64,000 nt of DNA from Candidatus Bathyarchaeota archaeon (GTDB lineage Archaea > Thermoproteota > Bathyarchaeia > Bathyarchaeales > DTEX01): NCBI GenBank assembly GCA_963714275.1, contig CAVQNT010000003.1, positions 128,001-192,000 of the forward strand, written 5' to 3'. Shown piece by piece: positions 1 to 10,492 of this stretch. Numbering within the stretch: the first letter of the stretch is position 1; every line of letters begins with the position of its first letter. The position numbers and the translations under genes are program-made. The notes under the pieces are model-generated. The model searched no databases, was not told where the DNA came from, and saw only the letters and a list, made by a program, of their open reading frames with translations.

Positions 1-680
1 GAGATGTTCTGTTGTCCGGTGGAGACCCGCTGATTCTGCCTGACGACAGGATTGAATTTCTGCTTAGGAATCTAAGAGCGATACCTCATGTTGAAGTTCT
101 GAGAATCGGGACAAGGGCACCATGCACGCTTCCACAAAGGATAACGCCTCAACTGTGTAACATACTGAAGAAGTATCACCCATTGTACGTTAACATGCAT
201 TTTAATCACCCGCGGGAAATAACTGAAGAAAGCTCAAGAGCCTGCGGGCTCCTTGCTGACGCAGGAATCCCACTTGGCAACCAATCTGTGCTGCTTAAAG
301 GAATCAACGATGACTCCGAGACCATGAAGAGCCTTGTTCAAAAGCTTCTAAAAATCAGGGTTAAACCTTACTATCTCTTCCAGATGGACCTTGTTAAAGG
401 CACCTACCACTTTAGGACAAGGGTGGAAACTGGACTCAAAATAATCGAAGACCTCACAGGATACACTTCAGGCTTCGCTGTTCCACGCTACGTGATAGAC
501 GCACCAGGCGGCGGAGGAAAAATTCCGATTCAGCCAAAGTACGTAGTAAGTATTGAAGAGAACCAAGTCATCATGAAAAACTATCAGGGAAAACAGTACG
601 TTTACCCGCAGATTCCACAGGAAAAGAAGCCTTTGCAACAAATGGAGGGTCCTGTAGAGGTCTCTAGTGAAAGACGATGA
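1..680 (+). CDS. kamA: KamA-family radical SAM lysine 2,3-aminomutase-like protein (5'-truncated at window edge)
   Basis: SGGDPL, RIGTR, HFNHPRE, LGNQSVLLKGIND, PYYL and YVIDAPGGGGKIP motifs typical of KamA. Confidence 0.9.
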   Translation, partial: DVLLSGGDPLILPDDRIEFLLRNLRAIPHVEVLRIGTRAPCTLPQRITPQLCNILKKYHPLYVNMHFNHPREITEESSRACGLLADAGIPLGNQSVLLKGINDDSETMKSLVQKLLKIRVKPYYLFQMDLVKGTYHFRTRVETGLKIIEDLTGYTSGFAVPRYVIDAPGGGGKIPIQPKYVVSIEENQVIMKNYQGKQYVYPQIPQEKKPLQQMEGPVEVSSERR

Positions 681-1732
681 CGCTTAACGTCGGGTTAACT
701 TACAACCTGAAAAAACCAGTTGACATGGTTGCGGGGCAACCGGAAGATTTCTACATCGAGTTTGACGATGAAGTGACAGTGGACGCTATAGCAGAGGCTT
801 TGGGGAAAGGCGGATGCGAAGTAATAAAAATTGAAGCAAACGAAGAAGTATACAGTAAACTCTTGAGCCTAAGACCCGACTTCGTCTTCAACATTGCTGA
901 GGGAATACGAGGTGAAAGCAGAGAGTCACAGATTCCCGTAATGCTGGAGATGCTTGGGATACCATACACTGGTTCAGGACCGTTAACGCTAGCCATAGCA
1001 TTAGACAAGGCTCTAACTCATCAGGTTCTAAGCGTTAACGGCGTTCCTTCCCCAAACTTTCAGGTGTTTTCGACGCCTAACCAGAAAAGGCAACGTAATC
1101 TTAAATTTCCGCTTGTTGTCAAGCCATTAGCTGAGGGCTCAAGCAAAGGGATCAGAAGCACCTCTCTCGTGAAAGACGAACAAAGCCTGCGGGAACAACT
1201 TTCATGGGTCATAAAGACCTATAAACAACCAGCCATAGTCGAAGAGTTCCTTCCTGGCAGAGAGTTCACGGTTGGCTTAATTGGCAATGATGCCCCCTAT
1301 GTCTTGCCCATAGTAGAAATCCTGCTTGAAAAACTGCCAAGTGGAGCCAGCCCAATATATTCTTACGAAGCAAAGTGGATCTGGGACGTGCCAGAAAAAC
1401 CATTGGACATTTTTAATTGTCCAGCTGACATTCCTGACGAGCTCGAAAAGGAAATACGAAAGACAGCCATTAAAACTTTCAAAGTTCTTAATTGCCGAGA
1501 CCTATGCCGCATGGATGTGAGACTCGACAAGAGTGACAAACCATGTATACTCGAAGTTAATCCTTTACCTGGGTTAATACCTGATCCCGACGCGCATTCC
1601 TGTCTTCCTGAAGCTGCTGGTGAAGCAGGTTTAACTTATGAGCAACTTATTTGCACCGTTTTGTGGCAGGCTCTGAAAAGGTATAATCTTCAACACCTGT
1701 TTAATGACCGTTCGCTTGTATGCCTTTTATAA
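677..1732 (+). CDS. D-Ala-D-Ala-ligase-like ATP-grasp enzyme
   Basis: GIPYTGS, VKPLAEGSSKGI, EEFLPGREFTVG, RMDVRLD, LEVNPLPG; start overlaps the kamA stop (ATGA). Confidence 0.88.
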   Translation: MTLNVGLTYNLKKPVDMVAGQPEDFYIEFDDEVTVDAIAEALGKGGCEVIKIEANEEVYSKLLSLRPDFVFNIAEGIRGESRESQIPVMLEMLGIPYTGSGPLTLAIALDKALTHQVLSVNGVPSPNFQVFSTPNQKRQRNLKFPLVVKPLAEGSSKGIRSTSLVKDEQSLREQLSWVIKTYKQPAIVEEFLPGREFTVGLIGNDAPYVLPIVEILLEKLPSGASPIYSYEAKWIWDVPEKPLDIFNCPADIPDELEKEIRKTAIKTFKVLNCRDLCRMDVRLDKSDKPCILEVNPLPGLIPDPDAHSCLPEAAGEAGLTYEQLICTVLWQALKRYNLQHLFNDRSLVCLL

Positions 1733-1745
1733 TTGAACTGTAAGG

Positions 1746-2777
1746 TTACTGGCTGCATTGCGATGCCCTATGCAAGGCAAAGTGGATTATTTTTTCGACG
1801 AACTGTTCATACGATAATCCAACAGCCTTCAAGGAACGCGAAAAACCTGCTTCCGGAGAAATGTCTGGGTTAGGGTTAACCTCTAAAATCCACGGCGAAT
1901 TGTCTCTTAGGCGAATGTCGATTCTCGCATAGTCTCTGCAGTAAAGAACCTCAAATGCCTGTAACGCAATCCTTTCAACGTTATTTTTTACTGAAGGGTC
2001 AAGTAAAGCGGGGCACACGGGCTTGGTTTTTTTGTATTCATCGCTTTCCTTAAACCATTTTGCTGAAAAGCCCACTATTTTTGGTTCGTCCTTAAAATCG
2101 AACGTTATCTCAGAGATTGGCAACGCTCTTGGGTTTTCGTTGCCCAATATCGCAACGTTCAGTTCTCTTCCAGCAATGTACTCCTCAACCAAAGCAGGCT
2201 GCTTGTAGCGATTGGTTATGTATTCAACTTGAGCCTTAAGTTCGGCTTCGTTTCTAACATAGCTTTTGTTTGATATGCCAATGCTTGCGTCCTCCCTTAA
2301 AGGTTTTACAAATAGGGGAAACCCTATGTCGTCCTGCAAATTTTGAGGGTTTTCGAGAACCTTGAATTTAGGTGTAGGCAACCCATTTGCTTCCAAAATT
2401 TTTTTAGTAAGCCCTTTATTTTGACACATTCCAAGTGCCAAAGGAGGTGAACCAGTGTAGGGTATGTTTAACAGCTCAAGCATTGATGGTACGTTCAACT
2501 CGTGGTGGCTGTTTCCAAAGGCACCTTCACAAAGGTTTATGACCACGTCAGGTCTGTAATTTTTTAATGCCTTGATTAAAAGTTCGAGGTCAATTTCAAA
2601 AGGCAACATTTGGTATTCGAAGCCCAGTTTATCCAGGGCTTTTTGAACCGATTCTGCTTGTTCCTCAACTTCAGCTTCAGCCACGTAGTCAGAATCTTCA
2701 CCTCTTGGCGGTTCAGCTGGGCGGTTGAAAAGAATACCAACTTTAAGTTTTTTCTTTCGTTTATCGCTTGTGCTCAT
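1746..2777 (-). CDS. Second D-Ala-D-Ala-ligase-like ATP-grasp enzyme
   Basis: IPYTGS, VKPLREDASIGI, EEYIAGRELNV, RIDIRL, LEVNPNPD. Confidence 0.88.
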   Translation of the reverse strand: MSTSDKRKKKLKVGILFNRPAEPPRGEDSDYVAEAEVEEQAESVQKALDKLGFEYQMLPFEIDLELLIKALKNYRPDVVINLCEGAFGNSHHELNVPSMLELLNIPYTGSPPLALGMCQNKGLTKKILEANGLPTPKFKVLENPQNLQDDIGFPLFVKPLREDASIGISNKSYVRNEAELKAQVEYITNRYKQPALVEEYIAGRELNVAILGNENPRALPISEITFDFKDEPKIVGFSAKWFKESDEYKKTKPVCPALLDPSVKNNVERIALQAFEVLYCRDYARIDIRLRDNSPWILEVNPNPDISPEAGFSRSLKAVGLSYEQFVEKIIHFALHRASQCSQ

Positions 2778-2938
2778 TCTCTTTTCATCCTAAATTACGA
2801 AGTAATGAATGTCTTAACATTTAACATTTAATTACTAAATTTATTGGACTTTCTTGAAGATAAGGAAAAACAAAACGTCAAGATAAAGCTTAAATAATTC
2901 CACTTTGGTCTCTTGTTTTATCCCTTTGGAGGGACGCT

Positions 2939-3490
2939 TTGAAACCTGAAATTATTAACGCAAAACAAACTAAACTTAAAGTTAAAGACATCAAAGCCAT
3001 CGCTGAAATAGAGTGTCACGAAAAAGTTCGCGGCTGGCTCATTATACGCGTCGAGAACGACGTTGAAAGAGAGTACCTATCCTATAGAAGATTCTTTCGA
3101 AACTTGCCAAAAAACAGAAGAGCCGAAATCCTCGTAGCTAAACAAGATGACAGAGTCGCTGGATTCCTGGGATTATGGCGGTTGGGAGGATACATGGACC
3201 ATGTTGCAGCCATAGGTGTCAGCGTTCACCCCGATTTTTGGGGAAAAAAAATCGCCACACACCTCATGAAGGCAGCAATCAAACTTGCAAAAAAGAACGG
3301 ACTTCTTAGGTTAGAAATTGAAACTCGTTCAGACAACACAGCAATGCGGCACGTGGCAGAGAAGTCAGGATTCAAACTTGAAAAGTTAAGGCGTAAACGA
3401 ATTCGGAAGAACGGGTCCTTCTTTGACGAAGCCTCATATTACTTACTTATCGACAATGCGGTCCCAGGGAAACTAAGACGAAAGGAATAG
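2939..3490 (+). CDS. GNAT-family N-acetyltransferase
   Basis: Acetyl-CoA motif VHPDFWGKKIATHL and NTAMRHVAEKSGF. Confidence 0.8.
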   Translation: MKPEIINAKQTKLKVKDIKAIAEIECHEKVRGWLIIRVENDVEREYLSYRRFFRNLPKNRRAEILVAKQDDRVAGFLGLWRLGGYMDHVAAIGVSVHPDFWGKKIATHLMKAAIKLAKKNGLLRLEIETRSDNTAMRHVAEKSGFKLEKLRRKRIRKNGSFFDEASYYLLIDNAVPGKLRRKE

Positions 3491-3635
3491 ATTTCGGAAA
3501 CGATTATATTTATATGAAACCAGCAATTTCAATAGTGAATAATTGTTTGCTGGAGGAAAGGTGGTTCAAACGTTACCGCAACACCGTCATCGCCAAGTAC
3601 TTTAGCCCATTTTGGGCCTCCCTCTAGTATGATTC

Positions 3636-6149
3636 ATGAATCTTCTTTCCCAACTCGAAAAAATTTATTTAAACATCGTGACCGTTATGAAGACTGAAGA
3701 CTCTCAGATGTTCAAGCCCAGTTTAGTCGTGAAGACTTGGGACCCCAAGATTGAACCAGTCTTGTTCCAGAAGTGGCAAGAAGAAGGAATTTTCAGGTTT
3801 GACGAGGTAAGTGAAAAACCAACCTTTAGCATTGACACCCCGCCTCCATACGTGAACACTCCCGTTCACATCGGTCAAGCTTACACGTACACTTGGATGG
3901 ACATTTTCGCAAGATACAAACGGATGACTGGACACAACGTGCTGTTTCCGATGGGGTTGGACAAGAACGGCTTACCAGTAGAGGTTCAGACTGAAAAGAT
4001 TTTTAGAATTTCCATGCATGAGACTCCCCGAGAAGAGTTCATCGAGAAATGCAGGAAAATACTTGGGGAAAGCGGAGACAAGTCTCTGGATACTTTCAAA
4101 AGGTTAGGTTTGAGCTGCAACTCTTGGTCTCTTGAACATAGGATCGGCGGCAGATACGAGACCGATGACCCAGAATACAGGAGGCTCACGCAGCAGACTT
4201 TCATTGATTTCTGGAACAAGGGATTCATCTACGAAGACGAGAAGACAACAAACTATTGTCCAATCTGCGGAACCACAATTTCGGACGCCGAGGTTGAGTA
4301 TGAAGAGAAAGAAACAGAACTGAATTACGTAAAGTTCAAGATTCAAGAAACTGGGCAAGATCTCGCCATAGCGACAACGAGACCAGAGCTCCTGTGTTCG
4401 TGCCGAACCGTAATTTATAATCCAGACGATGAACGGTACAAAAACCTCGAAGGCAAACACGTTATAGTGCCCATTTACGGACACGCAGTCAAGATTCAAC
4501 CTCACCCTTACGCTAAGACCGAGTTTGGTTCAGGATTAGTTATGATATGCAGTTTCGGCGACTACGGAGACGTCCGCATTCTGAGGGAAATGAACCTAGA
4601 CCCAGTTTACGCAATAGACCCGAAGGGTAAAATGAACTCGAACGCGGGCAAATACAGTGGTCTATCAGTCCGAGAAGCAAAGAAACAAATCATTGAAGAC
4701 TTGAAAACGCAAGGTTTGCTTTTGAAGACAGAGAAAATTGTGCAGAGGAGACCGATTTGTTGGAGGTCTAAGAATCCGATTGAGTTTGTTCCGATGAAAG
4801 AGATTTACCTGAAACAAGTTGAGTCGAAGGATGACCTTTTACGGATGGCTGACCAAATGGCTTTCTTTGCACCCGAAAGCAAGCAGATTCTCATCGACTG
4901 GATAAACTCGGTTGGCATAGACTGGGTCATCTCGAGGCGTCGTTACTACGGAACCGAAATTCCATTGTGGTATTGCGTGAACTGCGGATTCGTCTTTGTG
5001 CCACAGCCCGGAAGATATTTTCAGCCTTGGAGAGAGAAGCCTCCCATAGACGAATGCCCAAAATGCGGTTCAACCGAGTTCAGGGGCGAAGAAAGAACGT
5101 TCGACACGTGGTTCGATTCAGCCACGTCCGAAGCCTACATACTCGGATTCCTTTGGAACAAAGCGTTCTTTGAAAAAAACTTTCCGTGCAGCCTTCGCCC
5201 TCAGGGAAAAGAGATCGTCAGAAACTGGCTTTACTTCACAATGCTGAAGTCGCATCTGCTCTTCAACAAAGCGCCCTTCCGTGACGCTTGGATACACATG
5301 CATGTCGTCGACGAAGAGGGCAGAAAAATCAGCAAAAGCGACCCCAAAACCTGGATTGACCCGCAGGAAGCCATCAACAGGTTTGGTTCCGAAGCCTTCC
5401 GAGTTTGGTCAGCCTTAGAGGGTAACATCACCAAAGGCGATATACGGTGTTCGTTTGAAAGGATTCGGGGGAATTCCAAGTTCCTAACAAAACTTTGGAA
5501 CATTGCTAGGTACATCTCGTCATTCCCGCAAACATCAGAAGGTTACAGGCTAGCTGCATTGGACCTGATGATTTTGGCAAAACTTAACGAACTCGTTGCT
5601 GAATGCGTCATAGGGTATGAGGATATGAATGCATTTACTGCAGCAACTGCCATTCGGACTTTCACGTGGAACCTTTTCGCGGACCATTATGTAGAGGCAG
5701 TGAAGTCTCGAGCCTACAACAGAGACGGAGTGTTCGATTCGGAACTTCAGAAAGGCGCATGGTTCACTCTGCACAAATGCTTGGAAACAATCCTGAAATT
5801 GTTGGCTCCTACCTGTCCATTCATAACTGAGGCTTTATGGCTTGAACTCTATCAAAAAAAGAGCATCCACGTTCAGGATTTTCCTAAAGAGACCCCTGAA
5901 TGGAAAAGTGAACTTGCAGAACTGTTTCCAGGACTTGTGGAATTCAATAATGCAGTCTGGCGTTACAAAAAAAGCCGAGGGCTAGCCCTAAGCGAGGAAC
6001 TAGCAACATCCATTTATGCGCCATATAAGCTTGGACCCTTGAAAGAAGACCTTAAAGTCATGCATAAGATTCCGAACCTTGTCTTCGGAAAGCCTGAGAA
6101 CCAAGAAATATTTGAAGAGTTGTCCGAAGGCATCTTCGTCGCGAAGTAA
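3636..6149 (+). CDS. valS: Valyl-tRNA synthetase (archaeal type; true start may be slightly downstream)
   Basis: FSIDTPPPY, HIGQ (HIGH-like), ATTRPELL, DWVISRRRYYG, DTWFDS, LRPQGKEI, KISKS (KMSKS-like). Confidence 0.93.
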   Translation: MNLLSQLEKIYLNIVTVMKTEDSQMFKPSLVVKTWDPKIEPVLFQKWQEEGIFRFDEVSEKPTFSIDTPPPYVNTPVHIGQAYTYTWMDIFARYKRMTGHNVLFPMGLDKNGLPVEVQTEKIFRISMHETPREEFIEKCRKILGESGDKSLDTFKRLGLSCNSWSLEHRIGGRYETDDPEYRRLTQQTFIDFWNKGFIYEDEKTTNYCPICGTTISDAEVEYEEKETELNYVKFKIQETGQDLAIATTRPELLCSCRTVIYNPDDERYKNLEGKHVIVPIYGHAVKIQPHPYAKTEFGSGLVMICSFGDYGDVRILREMNLDPVYAIDPKGKMNSNAGKYSGLSVREAKKQIIEDLKTQGLLLKTEKIVQRRPICWRSKNPIEFVPMKEIYLKQVESKDDLLRMADQMAFFAPESKQILIDWINSVGIDWVISRRRYYGTEIPLWYCVNCGFVFVPQPGRYFQPWREKPPIDECPKCGSTEFRGEERTFDTWFDSATSEAYILGFLWNKAFFEKNFPCSLRPQGKEIVRNWLYFTMLKSHLLFNKAPFRDAWIHMHVVDEEGRKISKSDPKTWIDPQEAINRFGSEAFRVWSALEGNITKGDIRCSFERIRGNSKFLTKLWNIARYISSFPQTSEGYRLAALDLMILAKLNELVAECVIGYEDMNAFTAATAIRTFTWNLFADHYVEAVKSRAYNRDGVFDSELQKGAWFTLHKCLETILKLLAPTCPFITEALWLELYQKKSIHVQDFPKETPEWKSELAELFPGLVEFNNAVWRYKKSRGLALSEELATSIYAPYKLGPLKEDLKVMHKIPNLVFGKPENQEIFEELSEGIFVAK

Positions 6150-6175
6150 TCCGAATAAAACAATTTAACTGAAAG

Positions 6176-7006
6176 CTAAGGTTCCATGAAACTAGTTAAG
6201 TCTGCCTGTTCATTGGGTTTACTAAAGAGGATTTTTTCGGCAAAGGCTATGCGCATTCCGTCCTTGGCAGCTTTCGTCGTTGTTCCAGTTGATTCCTGTA
6301 TTAAGGATGCTTCGCCGTCCGGTCCCTTAATTATCATCAGCGTTCCAAGATGCGTCATTACAGCCATCTCTGGGCGAACCTCGTTTATGATTTTTACCGC
6401 GTCATCAGTTGACATGTGTCCTTTCCACGGTTTACCTGACGGTCTCAGAACCGAGAGAATTAGGAGCCTTACTCCCTTGAGGGAGTCGCTGATTCCTTCA
6501 TAATATTCCGAGTCAGGCATGTACGCAAAAGACCCAAAGTTTCCCGTCTCGAACCGGAACCCAACAGTCTCTGGGTCGGAATGCACAGCCTTGCAGACCT
6601 TAACGTTAACATTGCCTATGGTGAAGGTGCCTCCAGCTTTGGCTTCAATGATTCTTTCTGGAAGATTTAAGTGATAATGGGAGATTGCCTTGTCGCATAT
6701 TTCGTTCCCGTAAAGGACGCTGTGAGAAGCAGCCAGAAAACCGTGCTTTCTGGTTCCTCCATCAGTCATGGCTTCTATCAGAACCGCAGCGTCATTCGTG
6801 TGATCTATGTGGGAATGCGACACGATTATCCCGTCTAGTTTCTGTGGGTCGAGTCCTGCCTCCAAAGAATAGATCAGAGCTCCGGGACCGGGATCCAAGT
6901 GGACATTCAGTTCTTCTGAGAGTATGCGGATGCCGCCTGTTCGCAGCTTCTGCGTTATCGTTGCGAACCGACCTCCGCCCGTGCCAAGAAAAATTATTTC
7001 AAGCAT
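6176..7006 (-). CDS. Metallo-beta-lactamase-fold hydrolase
   Basis: FLGTGGG, DPGPG and SHSHIDH (HxHxDH) metal motif. Confidence 0.85.
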   Translation of the reverse strand: MLEIIFLGTGGGRFATITQKLRTGGIRILSEELNVHLDPGPGALIYSLEAGLDPQKLDGIIVSHSHIDHTNDAAVLIEAMTDGGTRKHGFLAASHSVLYGNEICDKAISHYHLNLPERIIEAKAGGTFTIGNVNVKVCKAVHSDPETVGFRFETGNFGSFAYMPDSEYYEGISDSLKGVRLLILSVLRPSGKPWKGHMSTDDAVKIINEVRPEMAVMTHLGTLMIIKGPDGEASLIQESTGTTTKAAKDGMRIAFAEKILFSKPNEQADLTSFMEP

Positions 7007-7157
7007 AGCAATCTTCGCCTTTGATGCAGCCTTAGTTTCTCACATACCTTTATGATGGACGTTTAATAGTTAAACAAACCCATAAAGCAAGCGTTCTGAA
7101 TTGCCACTTGCGGAAAGAGTATGATATTTATACTCAGAAAATCAGAAAGATTGTCTG

Positions 7158-7841
7158 GTGCAATTCATGAGAGTCGTCATACGGATTGGCGGTTCAGTTG
7201 TCGCTTCGCCGCCAAACCCCCAGCTTATACAGAAATATGCTGAGGTTATCAATCGCTTAAGGGCGCAAGGTCACGAATTGGTCATAATCGTCGGCGGAGG
7301 CGCCCCTGCCAGACAATACATTCAACATGCAAAAGACGTGGGACTGACGGAACAAGAACAGGACGAGGTCGCAATAACGGTTTCCAGATTGTTCGCCCAA
7401 TTGTTAGCAATGAAACTGGGAGGTCTAGAATGGAAAAATGTTCCGACGTCGTTAGAGGATGCTCAAGAGCTGCTTTCAGAAAGGGGAATTGTTGTGATGG
7501 GAGGACTAAAGCCCGGTATGACGACTGACACAGTTGCTGCAATGGTTGCCTCGCAGGTGGGCGCTGATTTTATTGTTAAATCCACTGATCAAGATGGTGT
7601 TTATACAAAGGACCCGAAAAAACACGCTGACGCCCGTAAAATCGACACATTAGGCTTTGATGAATTGAGTCAGCTCATGGAGCAAGACAGGCACAAAGCG
7701 GGAATTCATCAGATAATTGACCCAGAGGCTGTTCGTTTACTTAAAGCGAAACACATAAAGACCTTTGTCGTCAATGGAGCAAACCCCGACAATCTGATTG
7801 CCGTATTGGAGGGCAAAAAAGTCGGGACAACGATCCAATGA
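7158..7841 (+). CDS. pyrH: UMP kinase (archaeal)
   Basis: RIGGSV, VGGGAPAR, PGMTTD, DGVYTKDPK, IDPEA. Confidence 0.92.
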   Translation: MQFMRVVIRIGGSVVASPPNPQLIQKYAEVINRLRAQGHELVIIVGGGAPARQYIQHAKDVGLTEQEQDEVAITVSRLFAQLLAMKLGGLEWKNVPTSLEDAQELLSERGIVVMGGLKPGMTTDTVAAMVASQVGADFIVKSTDQDGVYTKDPKKHADARKIDTLGFDELSQLMEQDRHKAGIHQIIDPEAVRLLKAKHIKTFVVNGANPDNLIAVLEGKKVGTTIQ

Positions 7842-7881
7842 TGGATTTGTTTTATTGTTTAAATTTTTTAAGCTATCATGT

Positions 7882-9219
7882 TTAGGTATGAACTTTTTCA
7901 ACCTCTCCTTGAAGCACCTTTAAAGCTAAATTGAACGTTTTTTTGGCTAAGTTTGAGATTTGGCTGTTGTTGTAGCCGACAACGTAGCTTTCCACCCGGT
8001 TGTTTAGTGGATCAATCCATTTTTCTGGCAATTTTTTCGCTCCTAACATGACACCGAGGATTGACCCTGTGGTTGCGCCGTTGCAATCTGTGTCCCATCC
8101 GCCCATGACGCTGATGGCTATGCTTTTTTCGTAGTCTCCTTTCCCGTGCAGCAGCCCCAAGAGGACAAGTGCAGCGTTGTTTATCGTGTGAACTCCGTGG
8201 TAGTGACCGTATTTTGCGTTGATTTGTTGCCAAGTGTCTCTCCAGTCATTATTTTTTTTGCTCCAAGCAACCACGTTCTTCATGGCTTCAGCGAGTCTAG
8301 ATTTCATTGGTATTTCTGAAAGCCCAATGTCGATTACTTCTTCGATGCTACTGGTTGTGAACGCTGCGCTGATCATGGCGCTCACGAACATTTCGCCGTA
8401 AATCCCGTTTTTCACGTGAGACAAGCTGGCGTCTCTGTATGCAAGTTCAGCTCCCAGTTCAGGCATTCCGGGCGTCACGTAACCAAACATGTCTGCTCGA
8501 ATTTGAGCACCAATCCATTCGCGGTACGGGTTCACGTAAGAGGCTGTTTCTGGCGGAACAAACCCGTTAACGAGGTTTCTGTAGGCTACTCGCTCAGCAG
8601 TGTAGACTTTATTGTATGGGAGGTTTTCAAGCCAGTTGTTTCCCACATCCATTGCTGAAAAGTTGAATCCTTTGGTTTCGAGAAGGTGAAGGTTAATTAT
8701 CGGATAATCTATGTCGTCGTCACGCGACATGTGGGTAATGTGCCCCGACAATACTTCCATCCATGAAGCTCGACGTTTCAGCCAGTCTGGAACAGCCTTA
8801 GTTTCTGGTAGATGCGGAAAATAGTCGTTAAGCGGATATGCGTCTGCAAGTTTCAGCCACTCCTCAATCTTTTCTTTATGTAAACCTTCAACTGGTTTCC
8901 CGAGAAGACAACCAGCGCATCGCCCCAACCACCCACCGTAAATCTTGTCAAAAATCTGTTCTTCAGAAAGTTTGAGGCCTATTTTTCTTGGACCTTTCGG
9001 GCGTTCATCTCTTATTCCTTCAAGGTCTGAGGGTTCAGCGTAAGGAAAATCGGTTCTTGGGGAGAGTTTAGAGACATTTTTTAATACAGCTTCGAGTTTG
9101 GATTGATTTTTTCCTGTAATGTTTTCTAACACTTTTCTGGCTTCTGCGACGTCGCAGCCTTCTTCTTCTCTCTGGGTGATCTCTTCTTTAACTAGTCCTT
9201 CGAGTTCTTCGTACCTCAT
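7882..9219 (-). CDS. ADP-ribosylglycohydrolase-family protein
   Basis: GCLLGKPVEG, RDDDIDY, EWIGAQIRAD, GGWDTDCNGATTGS. Confidence 0.88.
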   Translation of the reverse strand: MRYEELEGLVKEEITQREEEGCDVAEARKVLENITGKNQSKLEAVLKNVSKLSPRTDFPYAEPSDLEGIRDERPKGPRKIGLKLSEEQIFDKIYGGWLGRCAGCLLGKPVEGLHKEKIEEWLKLADAYPLNDYFPHLPETKAVPDWLKRRASWMEVLSGHITHMSRDDDIDYPIINLHLLETKGFNFSAMDVGNNWLENLPYNKVYTAERVAYRNLVNGFVPPETASYVNPYREWIGAQIRADMFGYVTPGMPELGAELAYRDASLSHVKNGIYGEMFVSAMISAAFTTSSIEEVIDIGLSEIPMKSRLAEAMKNVVAWSKKNNDWRDTWQQINAKYGHYHGVHTINNAALVLLGLLHGKGDYEKSIAISVMGGWDTDCNGATTGSILGVMLGAKKLPEKWIDPLNNRVESYVVGYNNSQISNLAKKTFNLALKVLQGEVEKVHT

Positions 9220-9319
9220 TGCGGACTCCTCAATATCCTATGTTAGGGGATTGAGGAAATAAATCTTGGCGGAAACAATTAAAACTTAATATAACATAAT
9301 TCAGAATGGTGCAAAGAGA

Positions 9320-10423
9320 TTGAGGTCTCGAGCGAATCTAAAGTTCCGTCACAAGTTCATTGACAGGCACACGATTGTTTCCGGGAACTCTGTTTGTTTG
9401 GTCGCCGATTTCAACGGCGATGGCTTCAACGATGTGGTCGTAGGTAGCTACGCGAACCCTCCGACCGAGGAGGGGTATTTGGTTCTGTACGAGTATCCGA
9501 AATGGACGAAACGTTACATTGCTAGGGCAAATTTGGAGGCAGGCAGCGCTGTTATGGATTTGAATAATGATGGACGATTAGACATTGTTGCGGGACAGCC
9601 ATATTACGGTCATGAGCTTTACTGGTTTGAGAATCCTTCTGACCCAACTGAAGTTTGGACACGGCGCGTGATTGACAACAGCCTCCATAAATACCACGAT
9701 CAGGCAGTCGGAGACGTAGACAACGACGGAGAAGACGAGATTCTTGTTCCCTCGCAGCTGGCAAAGGTTCTGGTCTACTACGATGTTCCCTCTGACCCAA
9801 CGGTTTCTCCTTGGCCTAAGGAGTGCCGCCACCTCATCTGTGGCAACATAAGCATTGAGGGCTTAGCCGTCGCCGACCTTGACGGAGACGGACTGAACGA
9901 AGTTGTAGCGGGACCAAACATTTTCAAGCCGCCAAAAACGCAGAAAGGGAAATGGTCACGCACAATCCTGAAAGAGTTTCACGCACGAACCTACGCAGGT
10001 TTCGTGTTTTCTGAAACTAGGGTTCAGGCAGCTGACGTGAACGGAGACGGCGTCCTCGACCTAGTGATGACTGAGGCTGAAAGCGACATCGGAAGGCTAG
10101 TTTGGTTCGAGAGTCCAGACTGGAAGATGCATGTTATAGCCGATAATTTGTTTCATCCTCACAGTCTCGCAGCGGCAGACTTCAACAAGGACGGACGCGT
10201 GGACATTTTCGTTGGCGAGATGGGTCTTGGAAGGCGCGAGAATCCTAGGTTGCTGATTTATCTCAACAATGGCGATGGCTCATTTACTGAGCACCTTGTC
10301 TCTAAAGGAATTCCGACTCACGAAGCGAAGGTGGCAGACTTCGGGAAAAAGGGAAAACTGAGCATCGTAGGCAAGCCCTACATGCCGCTGACGCAGGTGG
10401 ACCTCTGGGAAAATGTTTCGTAG
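9320..10423 (+). CDS. FG-GAP/VCBS repeat beta-propeller protein
   Basis: About seven DxNxDGxxD-type repeats (ADFNGDGFND, DLNNDGRLD, DVDNDGEDE, DLDGDGLNE, DVNGDGVLD, DFNKDGRVD). Confidence 0.85.
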   Translation: MRSRANLKFRHKFIDRHTIVSGNSVCLVADFNGDGFNDVVVGSYANPPTEEGYLVLYEYPKWTKRYIARANLEAGSAVMDLNNDGRLDIVAGQPYYGHELYWFENPSDPTEVWTRRVIDNSLHKYHDQAVGDVDNDGEDEILVPSQLAKVLVYYDVPSDPTVSPWPKECRHLICGNISIEGLAVADLDGDGLNEVVAGPNIFKPPKTQKGKWSRTILKEFHARTYAGFVFSETRVQAADVNGDGVLDLVMTEAESDIGRLVWFESPDWKMHVIADNLFHPHSLAAADFNKDGRVDIFVGEMGLGRRENPRLLIYLNNGDGSFTEHLVSKGIPTHEAKVADFGKKGKLSIVGKPYMPLTQVDLWENVS

Positions 10424-10492
10424 CACGGAAAACCGTAGAGAGACCTGATTGGAAAAGAATAATAGAATCATACATTTTTATTAAACAAACAC

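Noticed and set aside
677-2777. Peptidoglycan synthesis or bacterial contamination suggested by Ddl-like genes
   Set aside because: Flanking genes are archaeal and no mur genes are present
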